IMG/VR virus record: IMGVR_UViG_3300035212_003113 | Coordinates: 186,001 to 250,000 of that record | Reading direction: 5' to 3' (one strand) | DNA length: 64,000 nucleotides | Part shown: in pieces, positions 1 through 8,917 of the stretch | How positions within the stretch are numbered: position 1 is the stretch's first letter | Layout: each line of letters starts with the position of its first letter | Notes under the pieces: model-generated | Seen by the model: the letters and a program-made list of their open reading frames with translations, nothing else | Databases searched by the model: none | Told to the model about the DNA's origin: nothing | Translations under genes and position numbers: made by a program

Positions 1-807
1 CCTGGTCGCAGAAAGATAGATACCGGCGCCAACATGGACGGAGCCCTTTCTGCAATAAGAGAGCTTAATAGAGCACTGATCAGAGGCACTAAGCTAGAGA
101 GAGCACAGCTGGATATGTTCCTTGATAGCATGCATCGCTTTGGCATAAAGACGGACGAGTTTGGCGCCGAGGTTATCGAGGTCACAGAGGATGTCGAGAC
201 CGCGCCGCTAGAGGCCACAGGTCCTACTGCAGAGGTCCAGGTCGAAGCACCGACAGAAGAGGACGTTTTGGAAATTAGTGAGGATGACGTAACTTCCCTA
301 GAGCCCCCCGCCGCAGAGTCAGGAAAAATGGCGCCTGATGAGGAGGAGCCGGTTGAAATCTCACAAGAGGATATTCAGCCGATTGAAGAGCCAGCCGCAG
401 AAGCCCCTCCGGCCCCTGTTGCCCCGGCCTATGACCTGACCGAGGCACATGATGCCTTGCACCAGGTCGCAGAAGGTACTTCGTCTGCTGCCAAGGCCGC
501 CGGCGCAGTTGGCGATACCGCCAACAAGCTCTCGACCCTGGTCAGCCGGCTCAGTGCAATGCTGCCCCCAACTGTGGACGTAGCTGCACTGCCCGCCAAG
601 TTGCATGCTGCAACTGAAACGGCCAAGGCGGTGCAGGCCCTGGTGTCCTCGTCTGTCCGCTCGCCCACATGGACGGCAGGTTCTGAGTTGCCGCACATGC
701 CCGAGTTGGACAAACTGATCTCCGAAGTAGATCAGATTATGTCGCCAACACGGCGGGCATCTAGGTCTCTCCGCTTCGTAAGAACAGGAGACTCCTGGTT
801 GATCTGA
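1..807 (+). CDS. Hypothetical acidic Pro/Ala/Glu-rich protein, probably 5'-truncated by the window edge
   Basis: Frame is open from base 1 through the ATG at 34 to TGA at 805-807; repeated EI(S/T)ED motifs; followed by a terminator. Confidence 0.65.
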   Translation, partial: PGRRKIDTGANMDGALSAIRELNRALIRGTKLERAQLDMFLDSMHRFGIKTDEFGAEVIEVTEDVETAPLEATGPTAEVQVEAPTEEDVLEISEDDVTSLEPPAAESGKMAPDEEEPVEISQEDIQPIEEPAAEAPPAPVAPAYDLTEAHDALHQVAEGTSSAAKAAGAVGDTANKLSTLVSRLSAMLPPTVDVAALPAKLHAATETAKAVQALVSSSVRSPTWTAGSELPHMPELDKLISEVDQIMSPTRRASRSLRFVRTGDSWLI

Positions 808-809
808 AG

Positions 810-838
810 AAAAGCCCGGCCCCAAGCCGGGCTTTTTT
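810..838. terminator. Intrinsic terminator, possibly bidirectional
   Basis: AAAAGCCCGGC-cccaa-GCCGGGCTTTTTT. Confidence 0.85.
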
Positions 839-860
839 GTCTGCTGCTTTTTGTGACAAG

Positions 861-866
861 TGTAAG
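861..866 (+). promoter_or_regulatory. Candidate leaderless-mRNA promoter element TGTAAG, 7 nt before ATG 874
   Basis: Same hexamer and spacing at 8905, 16839(-) and 25165; no SD. Confidence 0.55.
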
Positions 867-873
867 TCTTGGC

Positions 874-2112
874 ATGAACACACCAACCACAAAGCTAGTC
901 GAAAAAGACGGCAACTTTATAGTGTCAATTACTGTTCCAACCCGTGATGTCGAGGACGCACTAAATTCTGCCGCCTCGGCAATCATGCCTTCGGCCGAAG
1001 TGCCCGGGTTCCGCCCAGGGCACACGCCACTGCCAGTAATTCGTCAGCATTACTCTACGCAGCTAAAGACGCAGGTGTCGGCCAAGCTAGTGCAGGAGGC
1101 AACTCGCACTGCTCTAAAGCAGCTAAGCATCTCGGCCGGCGCCCGTCCTACGTTAGATGGCGACTGTCGTCCGCGCGGCATTCGCAAGTGGCTCGGCAAG
1201 TTCGATATCAATGGTTCATTTTCTTTTTCGGTTGTGACTCCGGTCCCACCAAGAGTAGAGGCGGTCTGTGTCGACGGACTCAACATCGACACTAATGCGG
1301 ACGACTCCTCTCGTGCCGTAGACGAGCAGCTGCACCACCTGCGTCATGACTTTGTCATCAAGACAGTTTCAGAACTGCCATCCGCCGACGGTGACGAGGT
1401 CGTTTGCTCGATTACCGCTACAGATAGCAACGGACAGGAGATCCCAGACTTACGCCTGACAAGCTTTCCACTTTCCATGGATTTGCAAGCCAGCAACATG
1501 CTTAGCAAGACAATGGCACAGCACCTTCTTGGCAAGCGCCCCGGAGATATCGCAGAATTCTCCGAAGACGGCACCACGTACCGCATGGCTGTGGAAAGCG
1601 TCAGCAACCAGCAGCTGCCCCCCCTTGATGACGAATTTGCGGTCAAGTGTGGTTTCACGTCGCTTGCAGATCTGCGCCAACAGGTACTTAATGAGTGGTT
1701 TCTGAAAAATGCCGGCAGGGTTCGACGAGCGCTACATCTGCAGGTTCGCGAGCAGCTTGTAAAGAACAATCCTTTTGAAGTTCCCTCGGAGTGGCTCGCA
1801 GATTACGACAACAAAGTCCGCGGTCTTGCTCAAAATGACGAAACACTCCAGGGAGCAGATGCAGCGGAGTTCGCAAGGGTTTACGCAGCATCAGACTACC
1901 TACTAGAGCTTCTAGAGGATCAGTTCCCGGCAGAGACTACAATTTCAGATGTAGATTTGATTCAGTACGCAAAAGAAGAGCTGGCAACTGCTGCCGTCAA
2001 GCCCGAAGACTATATCAAATTCCTAGTAAACAATGGCCAGTATGACTCGTGGGTAATTCAACAGAAAAAGACAAAGACCCTAGACTGGCTAATTTCGCGA
2101 TCAAATCAGTGA
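874..2112 (+). CDS. tig: Trigger factor (ribosome-associated chaperone/PPIase)
   Basis: Ribosome-binding signature VPGFRPGHTP (GFRxGxxP), FKBP-like middle (GDEV..., LLGKRPGD), LPPLDDEFA, C-terminal NPFEVP; ATG 874 preferred. Confidence 0.85.
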   Translation: MNTPTTKLVEKDGNFIVSITVPTRDVEDALNSAASAIMPSAEVPGFRPGHTPLPVIRQHYSTQLKTQVSAKLVQEATRTALKQLSISAGARPTLDGDCRPRGIRKWLGKFDINGSFSFSVVTPVPPRVEAVCVDGLNIDTNADDSSRAVDEQLHHLRHDFVIKTVSELPSADGDEVVCSITATDSNGQEIPDLRLTSFPLSMDLQASNMLSKTMAQHLLGKRPGDIAEFSEDGTTYRMAVESVSNQQLPPLDDEFAVKCGFTSLADLRQQVLNEWFLKNAGRVRRALHLQVREQLVKNNPFEVPSEWLADYDNKVRGLAQNDETLQGADAAEFARVYAASDYLLELLEDQFPAETTISDVDLIQYAKEELATAAVKPEDYIKFLVNNGQYDSWVIQQKKTKTLDWLISRSNQ

Positions 2113-2140
2113 GCCCCCAGTGGCAGAAAGAGAAAGAAAT

Positions 2141-2422
2141 ATGAACAAGAAGACCGTTACGTGCACCGTTAGTGGTTTCGCTGTCCGCAAGTACACGTCA
2201 GCCGAGGGCAAGAAAGAGGAAGATCCCGGCGTCGTATCCCTCGCGCTTATTGGCAACAAGGCCGATATCCGCCCAAATGAGGCCCTGGGTCAGCTGACCG
2301 TTTCGGATGTACTGGCCGCTCTTAACGTGCACCAGGAGTCGCGCGAGCAGGTAGAGATCACTCTGCACTTCTCAGTTCCAGAGGAGCTTGCCAACAAGAT
2401 CGAACAGGCCCGTCGAGGCTGA
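2141..2422 (+). CDS. Hypothetical protein
   Basis: Clean ORF with biased codons, followed by a terminator. Confidence 0.7.
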   Translation: MNKKTVTCTVSGFAVRKYTSAEGKKEEDPGVVSLALIGNKADIRPNEALGQLTVSDVLAALNVHQESREQVEITLHFSVPEELANKIEQARRG

Positions 2423-2429
2423 ACGAAAC

Positions 2430-2452
2430 GGGGCCCGCAAGGGCCCCTTTTT
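2430..2452 (+). terminator. Intrinsic terminator
   Basis: GGGGCCC-gcaa-GGGCCCC-TTTTT. Confidence 0.85.
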
Positions 2453-2458
2453 GCTTTT

Positions 2459-2770
2459 ATGAACAAGATTAAAGTAGCAAAAGCAACAACGTGTCCTAGG
2501 TGTAATTCTTTCATCTATTACCTGCCAACCCCGCTTGACGCCGGGTTAGCACAGCATCTTGCGATATTCGGGGAACCGTTTTATCCCCTTGATCGCTTCA
2601 AGGTGTTTAAAATAGAGACAGAGGGCATCTTAATCGATTCAATGATAGGTCGCGGCGAGATCCGAGTTAAGTTCAAGCAGAACGCGGTATCGATGTCTGC
2701 ACTTTTCCGGACAGCTCTTCTAGAGTGGGTACAAAGCAAAGTCGGAGCCGCCGAGTATATCGGCGCCTAG
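2459..2770 (+). CDS. Hypothetical protein with CxxC
   Basis: CPRC; fills the gap before dnaE. Confidence 0.6.
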   Translation: MNKIKVAKATTCPRCNSFIYYLPTPLDAGLAQHLAIFGEPFYPLDRFKVFKIETEGILIDSMIGRGEIRVKFKQNAVSMSALFRTALLEWVQSKVGAAEYIGA

Positions 2771-2779
2771 GTATTTAAA

Positions 2780-5700
2780 ATGAGCAAATTCGTAAACCTC
2801 CATGGCCACACATACGGTTCAGTTCTGGACGCGATCATTCGCCCTGCAGAGCTATTTAAGCGCGCCAAGGAGCTGGGCCACAAGGCAATTGCCATCACTG
2901 ATCACGGCAATATGTCGCAGATCTATCCCGCTTACAAAGAGTCAAAAAAGACCGGCGTAAAGCTTATTCCTGGCAATGAGGTTTACTTTGTCGAAGACCT
3001 AGATAATCCCAAGTCAAAGCGCCGGCATCTGGTGCTGCTCGCCGCCAACCATGAGGGGTACAAGAACTTGTGCCGCATTACATACGAGGGCTTCCTAAAT
3101 TCAGTTACCGTCATGGGTAAAGAGTTTCCTCGTATTACTGCGGACATACTTCGCAAGTACAACGCAGGTCTCTTTGCCACTTCTGCGTGCGGCGGCAGCA
3201 TCATTGCAGCACATCTGTATGAGGGCGACAACGATGGTGCTGATCGCCATGCAAAGATTTTTGCAGATATTTTCGGCGACCGCTTTTTCATAGAGATTCA
3301 GCCGCATACACTAAAGCGCGGCAATTTTGACCAGGTCCAGCTTAACAATATGCTCAAGGGCGTTGCAGAGCGCCTCGGCATTCGCATGGTTGCTACGTGC
3401 GATTCTCACTATCTAACTCCAGAGGACGAGAAGTTCCACGACATGGTTCTTGCTATCAGTGACAAGAAGTCGCTCTCTGATCTAACGCGTCATCGCTACG
3501 TGAGCAGCATTCCGTGTGGATCGTGCGCTGGCTCAGGCTGCGAGGAGTGCGGCAGCACTGGCATTGGAGAGATCATCCCATGCCCAGAGTTTTACCTGAA
3601 AACCGAAGATGAGGTCCGCGGCTTCTTCTCGAAGCAGTATTCCCCTGAGTTTGCCGAGCAGCTAATCTCGAACACCTCCATGATTGCCGACCAGTGCGAA
3701 GAGCCAAAGTATCTTGAGCCCAGCGGCGAGCGCATCCCGAAATATGATATGCGGATGATCACCTCCTGCAAAGACCACGACGAGTTTGTTGCCTGGCTGG
3801 CAGAGAAGCCTGCGCGACAGTCGATTCCAGTCGACAATGCATACCTGCGCTTTCGCGTGGCAAAGCGTTACCGCGATTACACTAAGGGCTTTGACCGAGT
3901 TAAGCAGAAGCAGTACTGGGAGCGCCTGGAAGCAGAGCTGGAGATTCTTGAGGCTCGAGGTTTTTGCAGCTATATGCTGATCGTAGCAGATGCCATCCAG
4001 TGGGCAGAGTCCGAGGAAATCTGGACAGGTATTGCTCGTGGATCGGCAGGCTCAAGCCTTATCGCATATTTTCTGGGCATTCACAAGCTGGATCCAATTC
4101 CTTATGGCCTGCTGTTCGAGCGCTTTCAGAATAAAGAGCGCGCTCAATGCCCAGATATCGATACCGATATTCTTTCATCTGGCCGTGATCGCCTGATTAA
4201 GTATATTTCTGAACGCTGGGGCCCAGAGTATGTTGCTCAGATCACTAACGTAAACCGCATCACTCCCAAGGTTGCTATCAAGGACATTGCCAAGTCCCTT
4301 GAAGTCGGCGGCACTCGCCAGGAGTCTTTTGCTATCGCTGAGAAGATCACAAAGGAAATCCCGCTCAAGGTTACAAAGCCCGATGGCAAAATTATCGAGA
4401 TTAATACGGTTGCTCTTGCAAAAGAGTACAGCCCAACTCTGGTAGATTTCTTCAAGCGGCACCCAGAGGTCGAGGCCCATGCAGAGAAGGTAGTCGGACT
4501 CCCCCGCAGCTGGGGCGTCCATGCCGGCGGCGTTATCGTCAGCGATGTCCCGCTACCCGAGTTCGTACCACTGCGCCGGGACTCAGATGGCACCGTCAGC
4601 GTGCACTATGACAAATACGTATCAGAGGAAGTCGGCCTAATCAAGATCGACATGCTTGGTCTCGATACCCTAGACGTCCTGCGCGAGGCGCATGCTGCCG
4701 CTCACAAGATGGGCATTGCGCTACCTAAACCTTGGGAAGTCCCAGAGGACGATCAGCGCGTCTACAAGATGATTTCTGATGGCGACGTTCTCGGTCTATT
4801 TCAGCTGGAAGGCGGAACGCTTGCACAGCTGTGCAAACCAATGCAGCCAAAGACTATAGAAGATATTTCTCTCATTAACGCACTCGGTCGACCTGGTGTT
4901 GACAAGGCCAAGCGCAAGCAATTTATTGAGCGCCGGCATGGTCGGCAGGAGGTCGAGTATGCTCACCCCGAGCTCGAGCACATCTCCAAGGCAACCCTTG
5001 GCATCTCTGTCTATGATGAAGATCTTCTAAAGATCGCGAACCACATCGCAGGCTGGAGTCTTTCTGAGGCTGACGGACTGCGCAAGCTAACAAAGCTAAA
5101 GGAAAAGGGCGCGGAGCTTGCGGCCAAGCTGGAGAAGAAGTTTGTGGATGATGCCGAAAAGCTCGGCCGTGTCACTCGTAAAGATGCTCAGTTCATCTGG
5201 GATAACGTTATTGCAGACTATGCAAAATACGGATTCTGCAAAGCACATTCTGTAGCTTATTCGCGAATGGGCTATGCAACTGCTTACTACAAGTATCACG
5301 CACGTGCCGCATTCCTGTGCGCCTACCTTAATCAGGAGATCTCTAAAAAGACGCCTGATACCGCTGCCTACATCGAGCAGATCAAGAAAGAGGTTCTTTC
5401 TAGCGGCATCTCTATCCGTGCCTGCGACATAAATCTGAGTGGAGACCGGTATCGCGCCATCAACAAGAAATCAATCGTTACAGGACTTAACGCCGTCAAC
5501 GGCGTTGGCGACGTAGCAATTGGGCATATCTTTGCCGGCCAGCCATATAACTCGCTTGCTGACTTCGTCTATCGTAGTCCTTCTTCTGTGAACCGCAAGA
5601 CCATTATCTCGCTCGCCAAGGCTGGCGCATTCGACGGCTTTAATATCTCGCGTCGCTGGATCTGCGAGGCTTTCTCTGAGGAGAAGCGCGCCAAGCAGCT

Positions 5701-6229
5701 GCGAACAAAGATCAACGCCCTTGGCGATGCCGCCACCAAAGACGGCAGCGATGCCCGCGATATTGATTGGTCTGGGTTTGACTATCTAGCTGATCAGAAT
5801 GCACTACGTGTAGAGTGGTCCCGCAAAGACATCCTACTCGGAGAAAAAGAAGCTCTTGGTGAATTTATCTCTGGCTCCGCAGAAGAGGTCTTTGGTGGTT
5901 TCTTCAAGAACATTGATAATCCTCTTACCAGGGCGAATATGATGGCTATGCCAAAATTCCATAAGGTAATTCTAGAAGGCATCGTACTTGGCATAGACCA
6001 GCTGCCAGTGCGCACTGGCAAGAATGCTGGTCGGATGCAAGGCAAGTTGCGCATAGAGTCACTTAAAAAAGAGGACTTTGAGGTGTCTATCTGGCCAGAC
6101 GACTGGGAGCTTGTAAAACCTCGCCTTGAGGTAGGACTGCCGGTAATAATGCGCTGTACTGTAAGAGAATGGAATGAATCTAAATCCCTTAACCTAGAAG
6201 ACATTGTCTCAATCTGGAAGGAAAAATGA
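2780..6229 (+). CDS. dnaE: DNA polymerase III alpha subunit (family C)
   Basis: PHP domain (LHGHT, TDHG, GNE, CDSH), RGSAGSSL, PDIDTD, HAGG, KIDMLGL, GFCKAHS, HhH, C-terminal OB fold. Confidence 0.97.
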   Translation: MSKFVNLHGHTYGSVLDAIIRPAELFKRAKELGHKAIAITDHGNMSQIYPAYKESKKTGVKLIPGNEVYFVEDLDNPKSKRRHLVLLAANHEGYKNLCRITYEGFLNSVTVMGKEFPRITADILRKYNAGLFATSACGGSIIAAHLYEGDNDGADRHAKIFADIFGDRFFIEIQPHTLKRGNFDQVQLNNMLKGVAERLGIRMVATCDSHYLTPEDEKFHDMVLAISDKKSLSDLTRHRYVSSIPCGSCAGSGCEECGSTGIGEIIPCPEFYLKTEDEVRGFFSKQYSPEFAEQLISNTSMIADQCEEPKYLEPSGERIPKYDMRMITSCKDHDEFVAWLAEKPARQSIPVDNAYLRFRVAKRYRDYTKGFDRVKQKQYWERLEAELEILEARGFCSYMLIVADAIQWAESEEIWTGIARGSAGSSLIAYFLGIHKLDPIPYGLLFERFQNKERAQCPDIDTDILSSGRDRLIKYISERWGPEYVAQITNVNRITPKVAIKDIAKSLEVGGTRQESFAIAEKITKEIPLKVTKPDGKIIEINTVALAKEYSPTLVDFFKRHPEVEAHAEKVVGLPRSWGVHAGGVIVSDVPLPEFVPLRRDSDGTVSVHYDKYVSEEVGLIKIDMLGLDTLDVLREAHAAAHKMGIALPKPWEVPEDDQRVYKMISDGDVLGLFQLEGGTLAQLCKPMQPKTIEDISLINALGRPGVDKAKRKQFIERRHGRQEVEYAHPELEHISKATLGISVYDEDLLKIANHIAGWSLSEADGLRKLTKLKEKGAELAAKLEKKFVDDAEKLGRVTRKDAQFIWDNVIADYAKYGFCKAHSVAYSRMGYATAYYKYHARAAFLCAYLNQEISKKTPDTAAYIEQIKKEVLSSGISIRACDINLSGDRYRAINKKSIVTGLNAVNGVGDVAIGHIFAGQPYNSLADFVYRSPSSVNRKTIISLAKAGAFDGFNISRRWICEAFSEEKRAKQLRTKINALGDAATKDGSDARDIDWSGFDYLADQNALRVEWSRKDILLGEKEALGEFISGSAEEVFGGFFKNIDNPLTRANMMAMPKFHKVILEGIVLGIDQLPVRTGKNAGRMQGKLRIESLKKEDFEVSIWPDDWELVKPRLEVGLPVIMRCTVREWNESKSLNLEDIVSIWKEK

Positions 6230-6771
6230 ACTGCATTAACTGTAACCTAGAGATTTCTCCAAGCTTCGTCGCATCTATTCGCGACAATAAATGCCCTGCC
6301 TGTGGCAAGTCATGTCTGTCGGAGGCCGACCACGGCGCCATCTTTTCAGTAGTTTCCATCATCACCTCCGCTGTTACCGACCTGTCAGAAGATATGACTG
6401 TTCGTCTCGCAACTGCTCTACACGGCAAATTTGATATCTTTCCGAAAGGCGTTGTTGTCGACGGTCAGGTGACAAAAGAGGTTGTCTACGTAAGCAGCAA
6501 TAGCCCGTCTATGCGCAAGCCTGCTCCACTGCCTGTCCGCAAAGCGCGCTCCGCACCAGAAGCTGAGCTTCCTGGTGAAAAGCTCACGCCGGCCCAGCTA
6601 GCGCGTCTCCGCCAGTTCCAGCAAATACAGGAACAAGAGGCGGGCGATGATGATGAGGCGGTCACCTTTGATGGTCCGGTTGCTGAAGATATTCGCGATG
6701 CCGAGGCGATCCGCCTGGCCAAACAAAAGATTGCAAAGATGCGAGCTGAGCAAGCCGGAATCAAGGGCTGA
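6226..6771 (+). CDS. Hypothetical protein with N-terminal zinc ribbon
   Basis: CINC...CPAC; ATGA overlap with dnaE. Confidence 0.7.
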   Translation: MNCINCNLEISPSFVASIRDNKCPACGKSCLSEADHGAIFSVVSIITSAVTDLSEDMTVRLATALHGKFDIFPKGVVVDGQVTKEVVYVSSNSPSMRKPAPLPVRKARSAPEAELPGEKLTPAQLARLRQFQQIQEQEAGDDDEAVTFDGPVAEDIRDAEAIRLAKQKIAKMRAEQAGIKG

Positions 6772-6774
6772 TAC

Positions 6775-7044
6775 ATGGAATGGAAAAAGCGCAACATAAG
6801 GAACGTGCATGTTTACTGCACAGATCTTGATGAGAAAAACTTAGAAGGCATGTTGGCAGAGTGCAAGATTGCAGATGCCCGCGGAATCATGTCCTGTGAT
6901 TTTGAAGGCAAAGTGATGCGCTTTTCTCCGGCCAAGAGTATGACATGGGGCGTTGTCTGGTATATTCAGAATCTTATGATTATGCAGCGATTGCACCAGG
7001 TTGATTCTGCTATAGAGATGCTTAAGAATCGCGGTGTGATTTGA
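6775..7044 (+). CDS. Hypothetical protein
   Basis: Tightly packed co-oriented ORF. Confidence 0.6.
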   Translation: MEWKKRNIRNVHVYCTDLDEKNLEGMLAECKIADARGIMSCDFEGKVMRFSPAKSMTWGVVWYIQNLMIMQRLHQVDSAIEMLKNRGVI

Positions 7045-7430
7045 AGTTAAAAGAGTACCTGTTGGCTACTAGTGACTTTTCTTCTCTCGGCGACATAGAT
7101 ATCCTGTTCGAAGAAGAACCGTGGGGGCGACCAGGTGCTATCATATGGGCTAGCGCAAGAAATTATTTCGTCCCTCATCGCGAGGACGTCATAGGACTGA
7201 CTATGACAATGGACTCTCATAATAAATTCTGGCGCGCCTATATTACGCAAAATCTGGACAGCTGCATATACGAAGAGCTTTCTTCAATCGGCAGACCAGC
7301 TCTCGGTCTACTGAGTATTCGCGTGCACCTAGAAGAGGAGAGCGACAGCAAGCACCGCGACACCTTGCACAGCATGAACTTTCTTGAAGATGATCACGGC
7401 TACTGGTCACATAATATCTGGAGCGAATAA
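7041..7430 (+). CDS. Hypothetical protein
   Basis: TTGA overlap with the upstream ORF; abuts the next ORF. Confidence 0.55.
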   Translation: MKLKEYLLATSDFSSLGDIDILFEEEPWGRPGAIIWASARNYFVPHREDVIGLTMTMDSHNKFWRAYITQNLDSCIYEELSSIGRPALGLLSIRVHLEEESDSKHRDTLHSMNFLEDDHGYWSHNIWSE

Positions 7431-7982
7431 ATGTCAGAAGAGCAAAAGTCTGAATCGATCATGGCCCAGCTGGAGGAGCAGATTCGTGCTGCTACTGGCT
7501 ATCCGAACATACGTATAATGATGCGTACAATTTCTGAGTACGTTAATCAGATTCCAGATACTGTCTCGACGGTAGATGGGCACACTGCTCGTGAACTAGC
7601 TGCTCGCTTCTTAAAGGGCCAGTCGCTCTGTGCAGACCTTGTTGCAATTGCAGAATTTTATGAGGGCAAGATGGCTCGTAAACAGAAGGCAACCTATTCT
7701 GAAGCGTTTATCGAGGCACACGACAAGTTCAAGACGCAGAAGGAGAAAGAGTCGTACGCAGAAATCTCTGCTACGCACGTCGATGCGGCTGAAGAGCACC
7801 TGCGTGCAAAGATGTTCCGACTTCTTATCGAGAATAAGCGCGAAGACCTAGAGAAAGCGCATTATTTTATGCGTAAGATTGCAGAGGGTGACACTATGGC
7901 TCCGCCAGATCTATCGTCTGTGCAAAATGCTCAAGGTGGTACTATTCAGCGAAGGAACGAGTCTGGTCGCGTGGGCTTCTAG
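7431..7982 (+). CDS. Putative UvsY-like recombination mediator
   Basis: All-helical; KTQKEKESYAE...LIENKREDLEKAH pattern resembles UvsY-type mediators; next to SSB, near recA. Confidence 0.45.
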   Translation: MSEEQKSESIMAQLEEQIRAATGYPNIRIMMRTISEYVNQIPDTVSTVDGHTARELAARFLKGQSLCADLVAIAEFYEGKMARKQKATYSEAFIEAHDKFKTQKEKESYAEISATHVDAAEEHLRAKMFRLLIENKREDLEKAHYFMRKIAEGDTMAPPDLSSVQNAQGGTIQRRNESGRVGF

Positions 7983-7988
7983 ACTACG

Positions 7989-8087
7989 GATAGTTCAGCA
8001 TAGCAACGCCACTATGTGGCAGTCAACTATTAACAACAGTCTGTAGGCGCAAGCCGGGATAAGAGTATCCTCACTATACGTGCAGAC
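7989..8087 (+). promoter_or_regulatory. Structured 5' leader of the SSB gene
   Basis: Stems ATAGTT/AACTAT enclosing GCCAC-tat-GTGGC; GTCTGTA/TGCAGAC enclosing GGC-gcaa-GCC and GGATA-agag-TATCC. Confidence 0.45.
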
Positions 8088-8102
8088 AAAAAGAGGAAAA
8101 AC

Positions 8103-8849
8103 ATGACTACAGTAAATGGACGTATTGCTTGGGGTGAGAAGGCTGGTGGCGGCGGTGCCGGTGCTTCAAAGCTAGATCAGAAGAACGACTTTCTGCGCCT
8201 CAAGGCTGATGGCGACTACATCATTCAGCTGCTCAGCGAAGCGCCAATGGCTTATCACGAGCACTGGAGTAAGACCGCTGATGGCGCAAACCGCAGCGTT
8301 CGATGCTCGCTACGCAATTGCACTCTTTGCAAGGAATACGAGATTGCCAAGAACTCGCCGGATGCAGCGCGACGGGAAGCCTCAAAGCAGATGCGCGCTA
8401 GCCCCAAGTATGCCATCGAGGCTTACTTGCTTGCCCAAGGCAATGAGCGCCTTGGTCAGAGCGTCGGCCGTGCGGTAATCTTTGAGTTTGGCAAGCAGAT
8501 CTATGACCAGATCTCGCAGGTCGCAAAGACTCTTGACAAGATCGGCGGTCAGCTCAACGGCAGCATTCTGCTAGTTAATCGCGAGGCTCGCCGTGGTCCG
8601 TCCGGCATGTACAGCGTCACGCTAGTGCCCACGGGTTACAAGATGAGCCAGCAGCAGCTTGACTCTGTCAAATCCTTCGAGGAGAAGGGCATTGATCTCA
8701 GCAAGCTCTATGCTCCACCAGAGGACGAGGCCAATATGCGCCGTCTTGGTCGTCTAGGCGGCCCAGGCGGAGAGGCACCGACTGCCACTGCTGCGCCATC
8801 TGATGCTGCTCCATCGGCTGGTGGTGCCAAGTGGGACGATAGCTGGTGA
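8103..8849 (+). CDS. Single-stranded DNA-binding protein, T4 gp32-like
   Basis: FLRLK..G, H...C..C-x2-C zinc ligands, IFEFGKQIYDQI, flexible tail ending acidic/aromatic (KWDDSW); SD GAGG. Confidence 0.7.
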   Translation: MTTVNGRIAWGEKAGGGGAGASKLDQKNDFLRLKADGDYIIQLLSEAPMAYHEHWSKTADGANRSVRCSLRNCTLCKEYEIAKNSPDAARREASKQMRASPKYAIEAYLLAQGNERLGQSVGRAVIFEFGKQIYDQISQVAKTLDKIGGQLNGSILLVNREARRGPSGMYSVTLVPTGYKMSQQQLDSVKSFEEKGIDLSKLYAPPEDEANMRRLGRLGGPGGEAPTATAAPSDAAPSAGGAKWDDSW

Positions 8850-8871
8850 TTAAAAATTGAATACAGCACAT

Positions 8872-8893
8872 AGCCGGCGTCAGCCGGCTTTTT
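8872..8893 (+). terminator. Intrinsic terminator
   Basis: AGCCGGC-gtca-GCCGGCT-TTTT. Confidence 0.85.
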
Positions 8894-8904
8894 GCTTTTT
8901 TTGA

Positions 8905-8910
8905 TGTAAT
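8905..8910 (+). promoter_or_regulatory. Candidate leaderless promoter element TGTAAT, 7 nt before ATG 8918
   Basis: Fixed spacing shared with three other genes. Confidence 0.55.
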
Positions 8911-8917
8911 TCTGAAA

